Shown here in pieces: positions 33,054 to 46,000 of a stretch of 64,000 bases of DNA. Location: assembly GCA_020137815.1 (NCBI GenBank), contig CM035355.1, forward strand, positions 4,712,001 through 4,776,000, read 5' to 3'. The notes beneath the pieces are model-generated. The model had not been told where the DNA came from. It did no database searches and saw only the letters and a list, made by a program, of their open reading frames with translations. A program made the translations under genes and the position numbers. Position 1 is the stretch's first letter. Each line of letters starts with the position of its first letter. This DNA is from Hormiphora californensis (lineage: Eukaryota > Animalia > Ctenophora).

Positions 33054-35165
33054 ATGTTGAAACGAAAAGTAGAGGATATATTAGGGGACGACACAACAGT
33101 AGGAGCACCTGATGGTGAGGATGAGGTCGTTGAGGAGTTTTCTTTGTCAGAGGAGGAGGAGATGAGTGAAGAAGAAGAAGATGATGTGGACTTTGGGGAT
33201 GTTGTAGATAGACCTGGTAAGTAATTATGTACAAGAAATAATTGCAATGATAACATACTCTGAGTAGCCACTAGCCCTCTGTAATATGAATCATTCCTCC
33301 CAGGTGACTACGAGGATGACGAATGTTCCTCAGACGAAGAAGAGATTAGGAACAGAATCGGAAACATTCCAATGGAATGGTACGATGACTACGATCATAT
33401 CGGGTATGACATCCACGGTGGACGGGTTGGAAAGTCCTCGAAACAGGGTGATCAGCTAGACAAACTCCTGGATCGAATGGATAACCCAGATTTCTGGAGA
33501 ACTGTCCGGAACAAGGTTGAAGGAGAGGAGATTGTGTTGAAGGATGATGATGTGTCTCTTATTGATCGGTTGAAATCCAACAAGTTCCCTGATTTGGGAT
33601 ACAACCCCTACGAGCCGTGGGTGGACCTGTTCTCCCAGGATAAACTTGATACCCCGATTGTTGATACTCCGGAACCAAAACGAAGGTTCATTCCATCACG
33701 ACACGAGCACAAGAAGGTCATGAAGTTGATTCGAGCCATTAGGAACGGATGGATAAAACCCCGGACAGACGAGAGTGAAAACAGGAAACCGTCCTACTAT
33801 GATCTCTGGTCAACTGGACCTGATCCAAACACAAAGACACATTCCAACCACATTCCCGCTCCCAAACTACCCCTCCCTGGTAACGAGGAATCGTACAATC
33901 CCCCTGAGGAGTATCTCCCTACCGAGGAAGAGAAGATGGCGTGGGAGAATGCTGATGAGGAGGATAGAAAGTTGCTGAGTAAGAAGTATTCTTGTTTGAG
34001 ACATGTTCCTGCTTATCCACAGCTGATAAACGAGAAGTTTGATCGGTGTCTTGACCTCTATCTTTGTCCAAGAAAGATGAAGATGAAACTCAACATGAAT
34101 CCTGAAGATCTGCTGCCCAAGTTGCCAAAACCAAAGGATCTGAAGCCCTTCCCCTCGGCCAAGGCAGTGAAATTCAGTGATCACGAGGGGCATGTCTACA
34201 GTATTGATAGCAACAAGAGTGGAGAGTTCCTGGTTTCAGGAGGAGAGGATAAGATTGTCAGGATCTGGGAGGCATCAACAGGCCGAGTTCTATCTCGCTA
34301 CACCCTCCCAGACACAATAACAAGCGTGAAATGGGACAAGGCACAGAATATCATAGCTGCAGCAGCGGGGAACACCGTCTACTTCATCAACTCTGGACTG
34401 GGTGATAAGTTGGTATCGGACGCAGCGGAGAGGACGCTATCCAAGGACCTCAAGGAACATGAAACATGTACCTGGTACCCGGTTACTGATGGTGAGGAGG
34501 GGCTGAAGATGAAGATCACCCATCACCACGGTGTCACAGGAATCACCTGGCATGCCAGTGGGAAGTACCTCGCTGTCACCATGCGGGACTCACCAAACTG
34601 TGCCGTGCTGATTCATAATCTCCAAAAGGCGTCCAGTCAGAAGCCATTCAACAAGTCCAAGGGTCAGATACAGCAGGTTGCCTTCCATCCCAACAAACCA
34701 TTCTTCTTTGTTCTTACCCAGCGGTATGTTCGGGTTTACAACCTCGTTAAGCAGGCCATGGTTAGGAAGTTAGTGTGCGGGGTAAAATGGGCGTCCTGTA
34801 TGGCGGTCCACCCTAAGGGTGATAACCTGATCGTTGGGTCTTATGACAAGACCCTGGTATGGTTTGATATGGATCTATCAACAAAGCCCTATAAGAGTCT
34901 CCAACAGCACAAGAAAGCAGTCCGGGATGTTTGTTTCCATTCTCGATTACCCCTCTACAGCTCCGTCTCGGACGACTGTTCAGCTATTGTTACCCACGGA
35001 ATGGTTTACGATGATCTCGTTAAGAATCCTCTAATTGTGCCGGTGAAGGTTCTACGAGCACATAAACCATGCACGAAGTATGGAGTGTTGTGTAATGTGT
35101 TCCACCCTTCCCTCCCATGGCTCTTCACTGGTGGCTCAGATGGGGACATTTGGTTGTATGTGTGA
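33054..35165 (+). CDS. BOP1: Ribosome biogenesis protein BOP1/Erb1
   Basis: Acidic exon 1 (33054-33216); exon 2 has SSDEEEIRNRIGNIPMEWYDDYDHIGYD, PKRRFIPS, ESYNPPEEYL, RCLDLYLCPR and WD40 repeats. Confidence 0.95.
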
Positions 35166-35498
35166 TGTAATGAAACACTTTTAAAATGGGAGGAGCGAGG
35201 GGTTTTAATTTATTACCGGTGGTTTTAGTGGACTCGATCTTTTATAGTTTTAAATCTGACCTGATTTCTGTGTTTTATTTGCATCTAAACTCCTTTTAAA
35301 TGATCATTCAAATACCATTAACCGTCCTAACCACCTCTAAGCATCTCTCACCCTAGATAAGACTGCAGTTTGTTCTCTTTTGCCCTTATCTTCGTCAGTC
35401 CTAGATATAAGATATCTATAATGTGAAAAACGTTTTCGTCCCTTACCCCTTTCCTCTCTATACGTGCTATCTCTAACCGTATCTCGCTCGTTAGCGAA

Positions 35499-36960
35499 AT
35501 GCCAAGGTGCGTAATGTGTGGGACGGGGGAGATTGTGACGAGATACCATGCTTTGATACATATTACCAGCAAAAAACATCTCAAAAGACTCGAGCAGGGT
35601 AGGTATTTTATCAGTATCTTGTTCCTTTTCTCAGTATCTTGTTCCTTTTCTCAGTATATTGTTCCTTTTCTCAGTTTCTATTTCACTAACACTCTGCTAG
35701 CAAAGAGTGAAGGATGAGATTAGCAGAAAAATTGATGTGGTAGCTGGGTGGTACCCCAAGAAGTGTACCAGCCAACTACCACATTAACATAACACTCTAC
35801 AATCCTCCTCTCAGCGGGGGGGGGGGGGGGGGGGGGTTCAGGATAAATGGTTCGGACGTATATGCCACTTAAGGGGGTGGGTGTTTTTTCAAAATTGCCA
35901 CTTAGTGTTTTTCGCTAAATGGTCATTTTTTGGCCAAATTTGGTCAATTTTCGGCCAAATTTGGTCAATTTTCGGTAAAAATTGAGATTCGTCGAGGTGG
36001 ACCTGAAAAATTTTCAATTTTCAAAATTCAAATTTCAATTTTCTCGCGTGCGAAATTTTTTTCTGGAAATTTTTTGGTTTTGTTCCCAGAAAACAGCCTA
36101 AATTTTGCCATTTTTTGGGCAAAAAAGCTAGTTTTTCGGTAAATTTTGAGGGTTTAGGGGTCTATTTGGGGTTTGACCACTAAAAGAAACTGATTAAGTG
36201 GTCAATTTTAGGGGGTGAGGGGGTCCTTTTGGATTTTGACCACTTAAGCAATTTTTAGGCATATACGTCCGACCACTTAATCCTGAACCCCCCCGCTCTC
36301 AGGTCAAGTTGGAGCTCTAACAGAGGAGATAATAACTAGGATGGATCAGCCGGCTCCAAAGTTGCAAGCTGAAGTTCCACAAGTGTTACCCGAGGATTGG
36401 AGGGAACAATATCGTTCATGTCATCCCGAGCTGCGTCCCGTCTGGCGACAACTTATCTTTTCGCATTTCGGTAAGGAATTCTGGCCATTACAATTATACC
36501 ACCCCCTTGGTAATGAAATTACCCCTCAATCCTCATCATACTATACATTGTAATAGGGGTGACTTCGTAACCACCCCACCCCGCCCTTGCGAAAAGCAGA
36601 AATTTAAAAATACATTTCTAGGACTCAACAAAGACGATGGAATCCAGGAGTCCGTATGCAGTCTGTGTGAGGTGATGTTTCCGAGTCAGATCAGCAGGGA
36701 GGCTCATAAAGCTGGAGCTCGCCACATGAAGGCTGTATTGATCAGTCACCAGCTAATTCCGAGACAGGTAAACCATTCAATTAATTATGTAATTAATTAA
36801 TTAAATCATTTAATTAACATCATCTAGTCCTAGCTATAAATTGTAAGCTATCTCTCACCCTAGACTACAGTTTGTTCTGACACTCGTTTTCCCCTTACAT
36901 CTTCTTTAGTTCTAGATAATAGCTCTCACAATATAAACCCTTTCATCTTTCTAGGTGTAA
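35499..36960 (+). CDS. Small protein with two U1/matrin-type C2H2 zinc fingers (4 exons)
   Basis: CVMC..HITSKKH in exon 1 (35499-35598), exon 2 from 36303 in matching phase, CSLC..HKAGARH in exon 3 (36622-36767), terminal GTG TAA at 36955-36960. Confidence 0.65.
35815..36295. mobile_element. MITE with G-rich TIRs inserted at a splice acceptor
   Basis: C(G)nTTCAGGAT..TCGGACGTATATGCC / GGCATATACGTCCGA..ATCCTGAA(C)nG; TSD CTCTCAG at 35808-35814 and 36296-36302. Confidence 0.8.
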
Positions 36961-37321
36961 AAACGTCAGTGGTTCAGCAGTAGAAATATGTTTGATTTAT
37001 GCATGTGCATCATTATCATTTTCAACCAACCGTGTGGAGGATGATCATCCGGCACTATGGAATCGATCTTATACTCGATCTTATACTCGATCTTAAATAC
37101 TCGATCTTATACTCGATCTTAAATACTCGATCGTATACTCGATCTTAAATACTCGATCTTATACTCGATCTTATACTCGATCTTATACTCGATCTTATAC
37201 TCGATCTTATACTCGATCTTATACTCGATCTTAAAATACTCGATCTTATACTCGATCTTATACTCGATCTTATACTCGATCTTATACTCGATCTTATACT
37301 CGATCTTATACTCGATCTTAA

Positions 37322-37790
37322 AGTGAGAGTGGACAGAATCAGAATTGGACAAGTTTGTTGGAGGTTGTAGAGATTAGTTCTATGAGCATTTTGCCTTTTT
37401 GCCGCTCAAAATCGCCCCATCCATCACTGAGATATTTTTGTTACTCTCGGGGAATTCCTATTTAATCAGTATGTAAGAAACAGCATAGAAACAATCGTCG
37501 TGTTTTACTAACACATTCTGAATATAAGCAGTGAGGTTGACATGTCCATGCACAGAAGCAGAGCAATGCAATTCAGCATATCAAAAATTTAAAGAATTTT
37601 TTAGTAAAACACAAGGATTGTTTCTATCCTGTTTGATCAATATTGATCCAGCAGGAATTCCCCGAGAGTAACAAAAATATCTCAGTGATGGGTGGGTCGA
37701 TTTTGAGCGGCAAAAACGCAAAATGCTCAGAAAGCTAATCTCTACAACCTCCAACAAACTTGTCCAATTCTGATTCTGTCCACTCTCACT
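37322..37790. mobile_element. 469-bp TTAA MITE, Kolobok-like, copy A
   Basis: AGTGAGAGTGGACAGAATCAG...CTGATTCTGTCCACTCTCACT with TTAA on both sides. Confidence 0.85.
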
Positions 37791-38043
37791 TTAAATACTC
37801 GATCTTATACTCGATCTTATACTAGATCTTAAATACTCGATCGTATACTCGATCTTAAATACTCGATCTTATACTCGATCTTATACTCGATCTTATACTC
37901 GATCTTATACTCGATCTTATACTCGATCTTATACTCGATCTTAAAATACTCGATCTTATACTCGATCTTATACTCGATCTTATACTCGATCTTATACTCG
38001 ATCTTATACTCGATCTTATACTCGATCTTATACTCGATCTTAA

Positions 38044-38512
38044 AGTGAGAGTGGACAGAATCAGAATTGGACAAGTTTGTTGGAGGTTGTAGAGATTAGT
38101 TCTATGAGCATTTTGCCTTTTTGCCGCTCAAAATCGCCCCATCCATCACTGAGATATTTTTGTTACTCTCGGGGAATTCCTGTTTAATCAGTATGTAAGA
38201 AACAGCATAGAAACAATCGTCGTGTTTTACTAACACATTCTGAATATAAGCAGTGAGGTTGACATGTCCATGCACAGAAGCAGAGCAATGCAATTCAGCA
38301 TATCAAAAATTTAAAGAATTTTTTAGTAAAACACAAGGATTGTTTCTATCCTGTTTGATCAATATTGATCCAGCAGGAATTCCCCGAGAGTAACAAAAAT
38401 ATCTCAGTGATGGGTGGGTCGATTTTGAGCGGCAAAAACGCAAAATGCTCAGAAAGCTAATCTCTACACCCTCCAACAAACTTGTCCAATTCTGATTCTG
38501 TCCACTCTCACT
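38044..38512. mobile_element. 469-bp TTAA MITE, Kolobok-like, copy B
   Basis: Near-identical tandem duplicate of 37322-37790; TTAA at 38040-38043 and 38513-38516. Confidence 0.85.
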
Positions 38513-38902
38513 TTAAATACTCGATCTTATACTCGATCTTATACTAGATCTTATACTCGATCTTATACTCGATCTTAAATACTCGATCTTAAATACTCGA
38601 TCTTATAATATAGATTCTTGTGACTCGGTGTAACTGTTCAATTAACAACCCATGTCCTCTTACTACTGTGTAGTGTAACGTCCAAGGACTTGTTAGAGCG
38701 GGTCTATCCTGTGTTGGCTACCCTTGAAAGAGTAAAGTGTGTTTTAAACCAATTAGTTTATAATTTTAACTCCTTCCAAATTTTTCTCGATAAAAATATA
38801 GTTTTAAATCTGACCTGATTCTGTGTTTATCTGCATCTAAACTCATTCAAATACCAATGGTATTATACCATTAACCATATATCCTGGCATATTATAGCAC
38901 GT

Positions 38903-40903
38903 ATGCACGTAAGGAATGTATTTCGAACAGCGCCCAACTTCCAAGAACTTGGCGAGAAATACCCGGAATTGGAAAAACATCTTCGCCAGGTTTAATAAAT
39001 AAACGAGTTTTTTAAGTCAGTAGCCATCTTTCTGGATCAGCTGTGTAGCTTAGTAGTAATCTTATTGAAATCTATAATTTATTGCTAACCATCAAACTTT
39101 ATAGGTTCGTCCCGGGTATTGTACGATAAATTTCAAGGACCCGGTCGCGTTACGAGAGCTCACACAAACCCTTGCCAGACACTACTTCTCTCTTGAGCTA
39201 GACCTGCCGCTAGACCGGCTGATCCCAACCCTCCCTCTGAGATTGAACTACCTTCACTGGATTGAGGATCTGATTTCCTTCCCTGATAGTGCAACATCGA
39301 GTCAGGTGCGAGGATTAGATATAGGTAGGTGAGTGGGATTAATGCACTTCAGTGATTTATTGAAACCATGTCCCTTCCTGTAACTTACTGTGTCTTGTTA
39401 CACAGTAAGTGGCAAGTGTATAACCTGAATTAACATTGTTTTCTCATCTGTTCAGGTACAGGAGCCTCTGCTATTTACCCCCTCCTTGGTTCCCGAGTCT
39501 TCTCCTGGACCTTCCTAGCAACCGAGCGAGATGAGGAGAGTTTTAGTGTTGCTAGGGGCAATGTGACACAGAACAAGTTGGATGATAAGGTGATAGTGCG
39601 ACAAGTAACTGATGTTGATGGGAGAATCGCTAGTGTGATAGGTTGGTGTGTGATTAATTTATTTATCGGTCGAGCAAGATGTAACACTGACATTTCAAAA
39701 ATCGAAATCATTTGATCTGTGACATCTGTAATGAAATTCCTACAGGAACAGAACAGTTCACATTTTGTATGTGCAATCCACCCTTCTACGCTGATAACTC
39801 GGATGATGTAGCATCAAGAAGTGAGAACCGTCCAGCCGCTAAATCAATCTGCACCGGGTCTAGTGGAGGTTAGTACCATTTAGAGTTCTTCAATAACTTC
39901 AATGATTACCAACGTTTGGGCCCTTGACCCCTATCAATTTAACCCTTAAATATGACCCACATTTCCTTTCCAGAAGTTGCAACTGAGGGAGGGGAGGTAA
40001 CATTTATAAATCAACTAATAAACGAGAGTTTACAACTTCAATCACAGGTGCTTTTTAATTCTTGCTGATTATCGCGTTTTAAATACTTAGCACCCTACTC
40101 AATACTCGTCCCTCTCCCTCTGTTCTCTGAATTCTGATCTCTAAGTTTCTATCTCCTACACACCTCCCCAAACCAAACCTTCCCAAACTAAACTTCTCCA
40201 AATCACCCAGGTAACTTGGTACACGACCATGCTTGGTAGGAAGGTATCCCTGGAGCCCCTGGTTGCCAAACTAACTACCCACGGTGTCACCAGGGTTACC
40301 ACGACAGAGTTCAGACAGGGCAACACAACACGCTGGGGTCTTGCCTGGTCCTTCTCTCCCACCCTTCCACCCACTCTACAACCAGCAAACACCAAAAAAC
40401 CATCGACTATCTACTCGTTCTCCCTGCCTTCTCAGTCCATGACATTCACTACTGCCACGTCCCTGATAGGGGGATTGTTACGGGAGATGCAGGTGCAGGT
40501 AACACCATGTCCTACACGTGGTGATGTGACGTCATCTAGTGGTCATGTGACGTCATGTGAGGACCACCTTACAACTAGATGGGTTGCCTGGGTTACTGCC
40601 ACAGAGAACACTTGGTCACACGGCAGGAGAAAACGGCGTCAGGAGCAATTTGAGAAGGAGAACTGTAAACGAAGGAAGTTGAGCAGTGACCACGTGATCT
40701 GTAACAGCCAATCAGGAAGCAGTAGTGGTGTCACGTGTTTGTTTCACAGTGTCATGTCCGTTGAAAGAAATGAGGATGAGGAGGGAGGGGTGACCGTTGA
40801 TTTTGGATGGATTTATGGGAGTAGCAAGGATAGTTTGAATCAGTTTTGTTGCACGGTAGCTACACAGTTATCGGAACAATTAGAGAAATCAAAAGATGCT
40901 TAG
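38903..40903 (+). CDS. METTL16: U6 snRNA m6A methyltransferase METTL16, multi-exon
   Basis: MHVRNVFR..PNFQEL..KYP, DRLIPTLPLRLNYLHWIEDL, GLDIG|TGASAIYPLLG, FCMCNPPFY, TEGGEVTF, WYTTMLGRK, FRQGNTTRWGLAWSF, NTWSHGRRKRR. Confidence 0.93.
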
Positions 40904-41054
40904 AAATGATGGGACACTTTTTTATTTGTGTTTTTAGCTTTTTTTACTTCGTTTTTAAAGACACTTCGTTTAAATCATTCGTTATCATCGGACCCCAATT
41001 ATCATATGTCCTCCTGGCCCTAAAATGTTCTCCCCCTAACACCTAGATAATATC

Positions 41055-41696
41055 ATGGCATTTGCACCTAAGTTATCCTACCAGCAGCAGAAACAAATGG
41101 AACAGCTGGAAATGGAGATGATTCAGGATATGTACAACAGGTACCATACTATTTACATTTTCTAACCTCTCTTGGCCAAGCTTGGGGCGGTGAGAGAGTT
41201 CCCTATATTTATCAGAGAGAAGAGACGATTAGGGTCTGGTATCAAACTTTCTTTGCCAAATAGTAGTTATGTCGAGCTATTGTTTTACCTAATCCAGATT
41301 GTGTATGGGTCGATTCACAACCACGTGTTCCCAGGTTATCTGAGACATGTAAAAGTAAGTGCATCAGTAAAACGTATGATGATGGGGATCTGTCCAAAGC
41401 GGAGGGTGTCTGTCTTGATCGATGTGTTGCTAAGGTAAATATGTTATTAGGGTCTCATGAAATGTCCGTACTGTTCCCGAACGAGTAAAAAATTGTAAAG
41501 TTGATTTTTATCAGGGTCCAAACTCCAAAACTACCGGAATCCATGATAATAGAACCATTTGACACAACACTGCACCTATTATCGGTTGATAGATAACACC
41601 TTATCTTCTTCTCAGTACCTAGAGGTGTATGAGCGAGTTGGGAAGAAGCTCTCCACGATGTACGAACAGCAGGCTGGAGCTCCGGCACCGAAATAG
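41055..41696 (+). CDS. TIMM10: Mitochondrial import chaperone Tim10 (3 exons)
   Basis: LEMEMIQDMYNR|LSETCKSKCI..GDLSKAEGVCLDRCVAK|YLEVYERVGKKL: twin CX3C motif. Confidence 0.92.
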
Positions 41697-41993
41697 AAAC
41701 TCTAAGGAACTCTCTCTAAAACATGAGTCATTGAAATAGCAAAGCGGGGACTGGTGGATGTGGTTTAACTTATTCTGACACTGTTTGTTTGTGTTGTGCT
41801 TTAAAGTTTGCATTTTTTACAAAACCAGAAACAAAATTATTCGAGTGTGAGTTTTTACTAAAGAAACGACAACAACAAACCCAAAATCTTGGAAACTCTA
41901 CTCCCATTTTGTGTCTTACAGTTAACGTAAAAATCTAAAATTTACACGCCTTGTCAGTATACCTCAATCCCCCAATCTCCCTCTCAGTATGTA

Positions 41994-42965
41994 ATGTTAT
42001 TCCTGGGTATCCGAGATAAACCTATACCCGGTGGTACCACCTCAGGAACCCTAACAGACAACCAACTAGGAGGGCTCCCTACCTGGACCCAACCCTCCCA
42101 AACCCCTCCACCCTGCTCTCTCTGTGGAGCACCCTGCTGGCTGGTTGCCCAAATCAACGCTCCTCTTGTCCACTCTACCCGGGTCTTGTACCTGTTTAGT
42201 TGTGTGCAGGAGGGGTGTCAAAACAAGACTGAAGCATGGACTGTGTTACGAGGGATCGGGGTTGAGAGAAGTGTTGTGCAGGAGAAGAAGAAAGTAGTGG
42301 TAGATAATGGTGATGATTGGGGGGTTGGTGATGATTGGGGTGTTGGAGGTGACACTTGGGGTGATGACGATGATGTCGTGACGTCACAATGTGATGACGT
42401 CACCGTTGCCATGGAAACGCTGTCAATCACAGAGTCGTATCCAGGGAAACCTAGCAACAACTCGAGCTGGTTCAAACCATACTACCTGTATGTTGATGAG
42501 GAGCCTGATAGGGATGTAAGTGTTTCAAAACACCATGCAGCTGTGGAAGAGGAGGGAGAGGGTGCTGGAGGTGGTGGAGGCGGGGAGAAATACGAGAGGA
42601 CAGATGTAAAAGATCGAGAGTTTTATAAGTTTTATAAGCGCCTCTCTCTTTGCCCGGAGCAGTGTCTGAGGTATGATGTTGGGGGTAAACCTTTACTAAT
42701 ACCATCAACCAACATCCCTCGTTGTGACCTATGTCATGGTCCCAGACAGTTCGAACTACAACTCATGCCAGCCCTGATTTCCATCCTCCGGCCCTTTAGT
42801 GGACCAAGGCGGGCTCTCGATTACCGAACTGTGGGAGTGTTTACCTGTGCTAATGACTGTAGTGTGGCAGGGAAGCTAGCGAGAGAGGTTGTGATTTGTG
42901 TTCCTGAGCCGGAAGTAGTAATTCCTGATAATCGGACTAAACTTGTCGCTTCTAAAGGATCTTGA
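41994..42965 (+). CDS. PDCD2L: PDCD2-like (Tsr4) uS5 chaperone, intronless
   Basis: NQLGGLPTW, CSLC..LVAQINAPL..RVLYLFSC, PEQCLRYDVGGKPL, C..C.GPRQFELQLMPAL; no MYND finger. Confidence 0.88.
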   Translation: MLFLGIRDKPIPGGTTSGTLTDNQLGGLPTWTQPSQTPPPCSLCGAPCWLVAQINAPLVHSTRVLYLFSCVQEGCQNKTEAWTVLRGIGVERSVVQEKKKVVVDNGDDWGVGDDWGVGGDTWGDDDDVVTSQCDDVTVAMETLSITESYPGKPSNNSSWFKPYYLYVDEEPDRDVSVSKHHAAVEEEGEGAGGGGGGEKYERTDVKDREFYKFYKRLSLCPEQCLRYDVGGKPLLIPSTNIPRCDLCHGPRQFELQLMPALISILRPFSGPRRALDYRTVGVFTCANDCSVAGKLAREVVICVPEPEVVIPDNRTKLVASKGS

Positions 42966-43091
42966 GAGAGGGGGTTTTAGTGATTTTTGTGGGTTTTCGT
43001 TTAATTTATTCTGATTTTTCTCATTCTCCGAGTTAAAAATTTACTGATACTGAAATTACATTTTTACCCCTCTTTTACACTTTAAGCTGGT

Positions 43092-46000
43092 ATGGCCCCA
43101 AAGCGGAAGCCTCCCACAAAGCGTCGTAAGAAGAGCAGCACTGATGAGGCACGACCGGTTAGTCCGTCAATACATAACTGAAAAACACGAGCTTGCTCTC
43201 TCCTAGTTATAGTAAATATCTCACTCCCCCTACTCCTCTCTCTAATTTAAAGTAACAATCTCACTTCCCTTATTCCTCTCTCTCCTAGTTAAAGTAACAA
43301 TCTCACTTCCCCTACTCCTCTTTCTCTCTAAGTTATAGTAACGATCTCACTGCCCCTACTCCTCTCTCTCCTAGTTAAAATAACGATCTCACTGCCACTA
43401 GTCACTACTACTCTCTCTCCTAGTTAAAATAACGATCTCACCTCCTCAGGTGGTAGCTCCATCCACTACCGAAGAGGAAGATGAAGGTGCTGAGAAGAGG
43501 GTAGTTAGTAAACTGCTAGCCAAGATGAAACTGATCATGGAATCTGTACAGAAGGGGTACACCCACCAAACCAAAAATATTGGTGAGTGAAAAACATCTT
43601 GATCTGTAATTTGTGCAAAAATATTTGCACTGTTGGTGTTCTCAAATCAATTGCACAACCTTCATTCTGATTATCTAAGACAACTCTGGGACGTCATTAT
43701 TTGGACAGAAACTCAATAATATTTTCATCAGATAACACCCCGTCCCCCTCTCTTACAGAGAAGTTGTGGGAGTTGAAGCGGAACTGTAACGAGAGTGGTG
43801 AAGAATTTTTTGAAGAGTTTTGGTATCTACTACAACATGCCTGTCTAGTAGGGGCAAGGGAACCACCCACAGAGCGAATTATACAGGTACACACGATGTA
43901 ATATCTCTTTTTCTTTTTTGTTGTTGTCTGTGTACTATTCGAGGTCGCCGGTATTTCAATCTCTCTTATCCCACCCATATCCCTCAGTTCTGCTGTAAGT
44001 TTGCCATTAGAGCTGACCTCAACAAGGAGAAGTTTTCTGACGAGGAGGTGTGTGAGACAGGACCTTTTGCAGTGCTCCTTTTCAACCGAGCCCTTCAGTA
44101 CCATACTGCTAACGACAAGGCGGTCCGGTTCAGGCTGTGTCAGATCATTAACATTCTTCTAACATCACTTGGAGGAGGTAAGTAACTCATTACATGTTAG
44201 CAGTTAGATAAAACTAAGTCTGACGTCTATCCTATTCTTGCACCCACGTGGGTCCATTGTTTATGTTTTTCATTTTTGAAACCCGCTTCAGATGCGGAAA
44301 TCGATGAAGAATTATTCGACAAGATCTACTCCTGTATGTTGGAGAGGCTGAAAGATAAAGTTCCCTCGGTTCGAGTCCAGGCGGTTCACACACTAAACAG
44401 GCTACAAGATCCTGCAGATCCGGAGTGTCCTGTCATAAAGGGGTTCCTAAAGATCATGAAAACTGGTAAGATGGGAGAGAAGTGGTGATTGGTCCTTTCA
44501 TTTCCCAAATTAAAAAAGCAGTGTTTTGCTAGAAGATAGATTCACCATGGTGTAGGTCATAGATTGGTCGGTTATACTAAGCTTTAAACCTGTAATTCCT
44601 TCATTCCTAGACGGTGTAGCGGATGTGAGAAGGGCAGCAGTAAAAGCCATTGCCATCAACTCCAAGACCCTAATGCCACTGATCGAGAGGACAAGGGATA
44701 CCAACCCAGGGGTCAGAAAGGGAGCGTATGAGGTTCTTGTGGAGAAGATATCAATACGATCCATGAAGATTAGCTACAGGATGAAAATCATTGAGAGTGG
44801 ACTCCGTAAGTTAAAGTTGTGTTTAAAAAAAACAAAAATACTGAAAACTATGGGTCCGAAAAAACAAGAACTTTGACTATTACACCCCTCATATTCCCAT
44901 AAGTTCTATATTATCATGTTGATTGTTGAATGTATCTGATCCTTTCTACCCCCAGATGACAGACATGCCTCAGTAAAATCAACATGTGTGGCTCTCCTCC
45001 GAAACTGGCTGGCCTACTACAACGGAGATATAGTTAGGATGTTACAGGCTCTAGATGTTGAGGGAAAAGTGGATTTATGTGGTGAAGTAGTCAAGGAGAT
45101 ATTGGCTTTTGTGTCCATGGAGAACGCTGTGAAGTGTTTACAGAGCCGACTAGAGGATGGAAGTAAGTAGCTGGGGAGGGGGGACACCGGGCAGGTTCTA
45201 ACATGTTAATCTAGTGTTTCCTATCTTTTTCACTGCCATGATAAACAAGGAGAGATTCACATACTCTAACTCTAATTCTCTCTCCCCCAGTAATCCCAGT
45301 GGATCAGCTCACGCCAGAGAATATTTTCTACTGGCGGTGTCTCGTTGACTACTGTCTAAAGAACAGTAACACTGAAACATATGATGCCATCATGCCAACT
45401 CTATCTCGATTTGCGGAATACCTCAAAAAGTGAGATGCACTGAAATTGAATGTTAATATTCAAGAAACAATTGAAATTTGACCCGCTATAAATGTACAGA
45501 TTTCAGTTTCCTAACATCTCACATTTCAGCTACGTCGTGGAAGCAAGTAAGATATCTAGCGAAGATTATGACGCACACTACCAAGCCTCCTACATAATCC
45601 AAGAGCTGATCAAAATGGCGAAACTGGCTGATATGTCGGATGAGGCAGGGAGGAAGAAGTTGATAGGAGTTACAAAGTTTATCATCACTGAGGCAGAGAT
45701 TACAATTCAGGTACCGGGTGTTACAGAAATATGAGCCTCTTTTGTATATGTGTATCTGTGTATCTCATAGAGGGTGTGGAAAAGTGGCCCCGTACACTGT
45801 CCCATTTTGAATGGATATTGGCGCGCGGTCGCCGAACGAATTATTTTAAAGGCCCTTCGCGCAATGCGCGGCACTCCCACTCTTTCTCCTGTTCTAAGCT
45901 GCCGCCAAAAACGCCACGAATTCCAACTTCAGATGTTGCTACCCGGAAAGAAGTATCTCTTCTCAATTTCTAGGCGCTCTGCATTACAGGATTCGATAAG

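Larger units (their letters stand above)
37063..38607. repeat. 12-bp satellite (TACTCGATCTTA)n in three blocks separated by two MITE copies
   Basis: Source of the spurious KIEY-repeat ORFs; the variant pattern repeats with a period of about 720 bp. Confidence 0.9.

Noticed and set aside
35675-35792. H/ACA snoRNA in ZnF intron 1 (hairpin-AGAAAA-hairpin-ACA)
   Set aside because: The second hairpin is almost perfectly paired with no pseudouridylation pocket and the first is weak; a palindromic mini-element is more likely.
37063-38607. CRISPR-like array or KIEY-repeat proteins
   Set aside because: Head-to-tail 12-mers with no unique spacers and no cas genes in a eukaryotic context; the ORFs are satellite translations.
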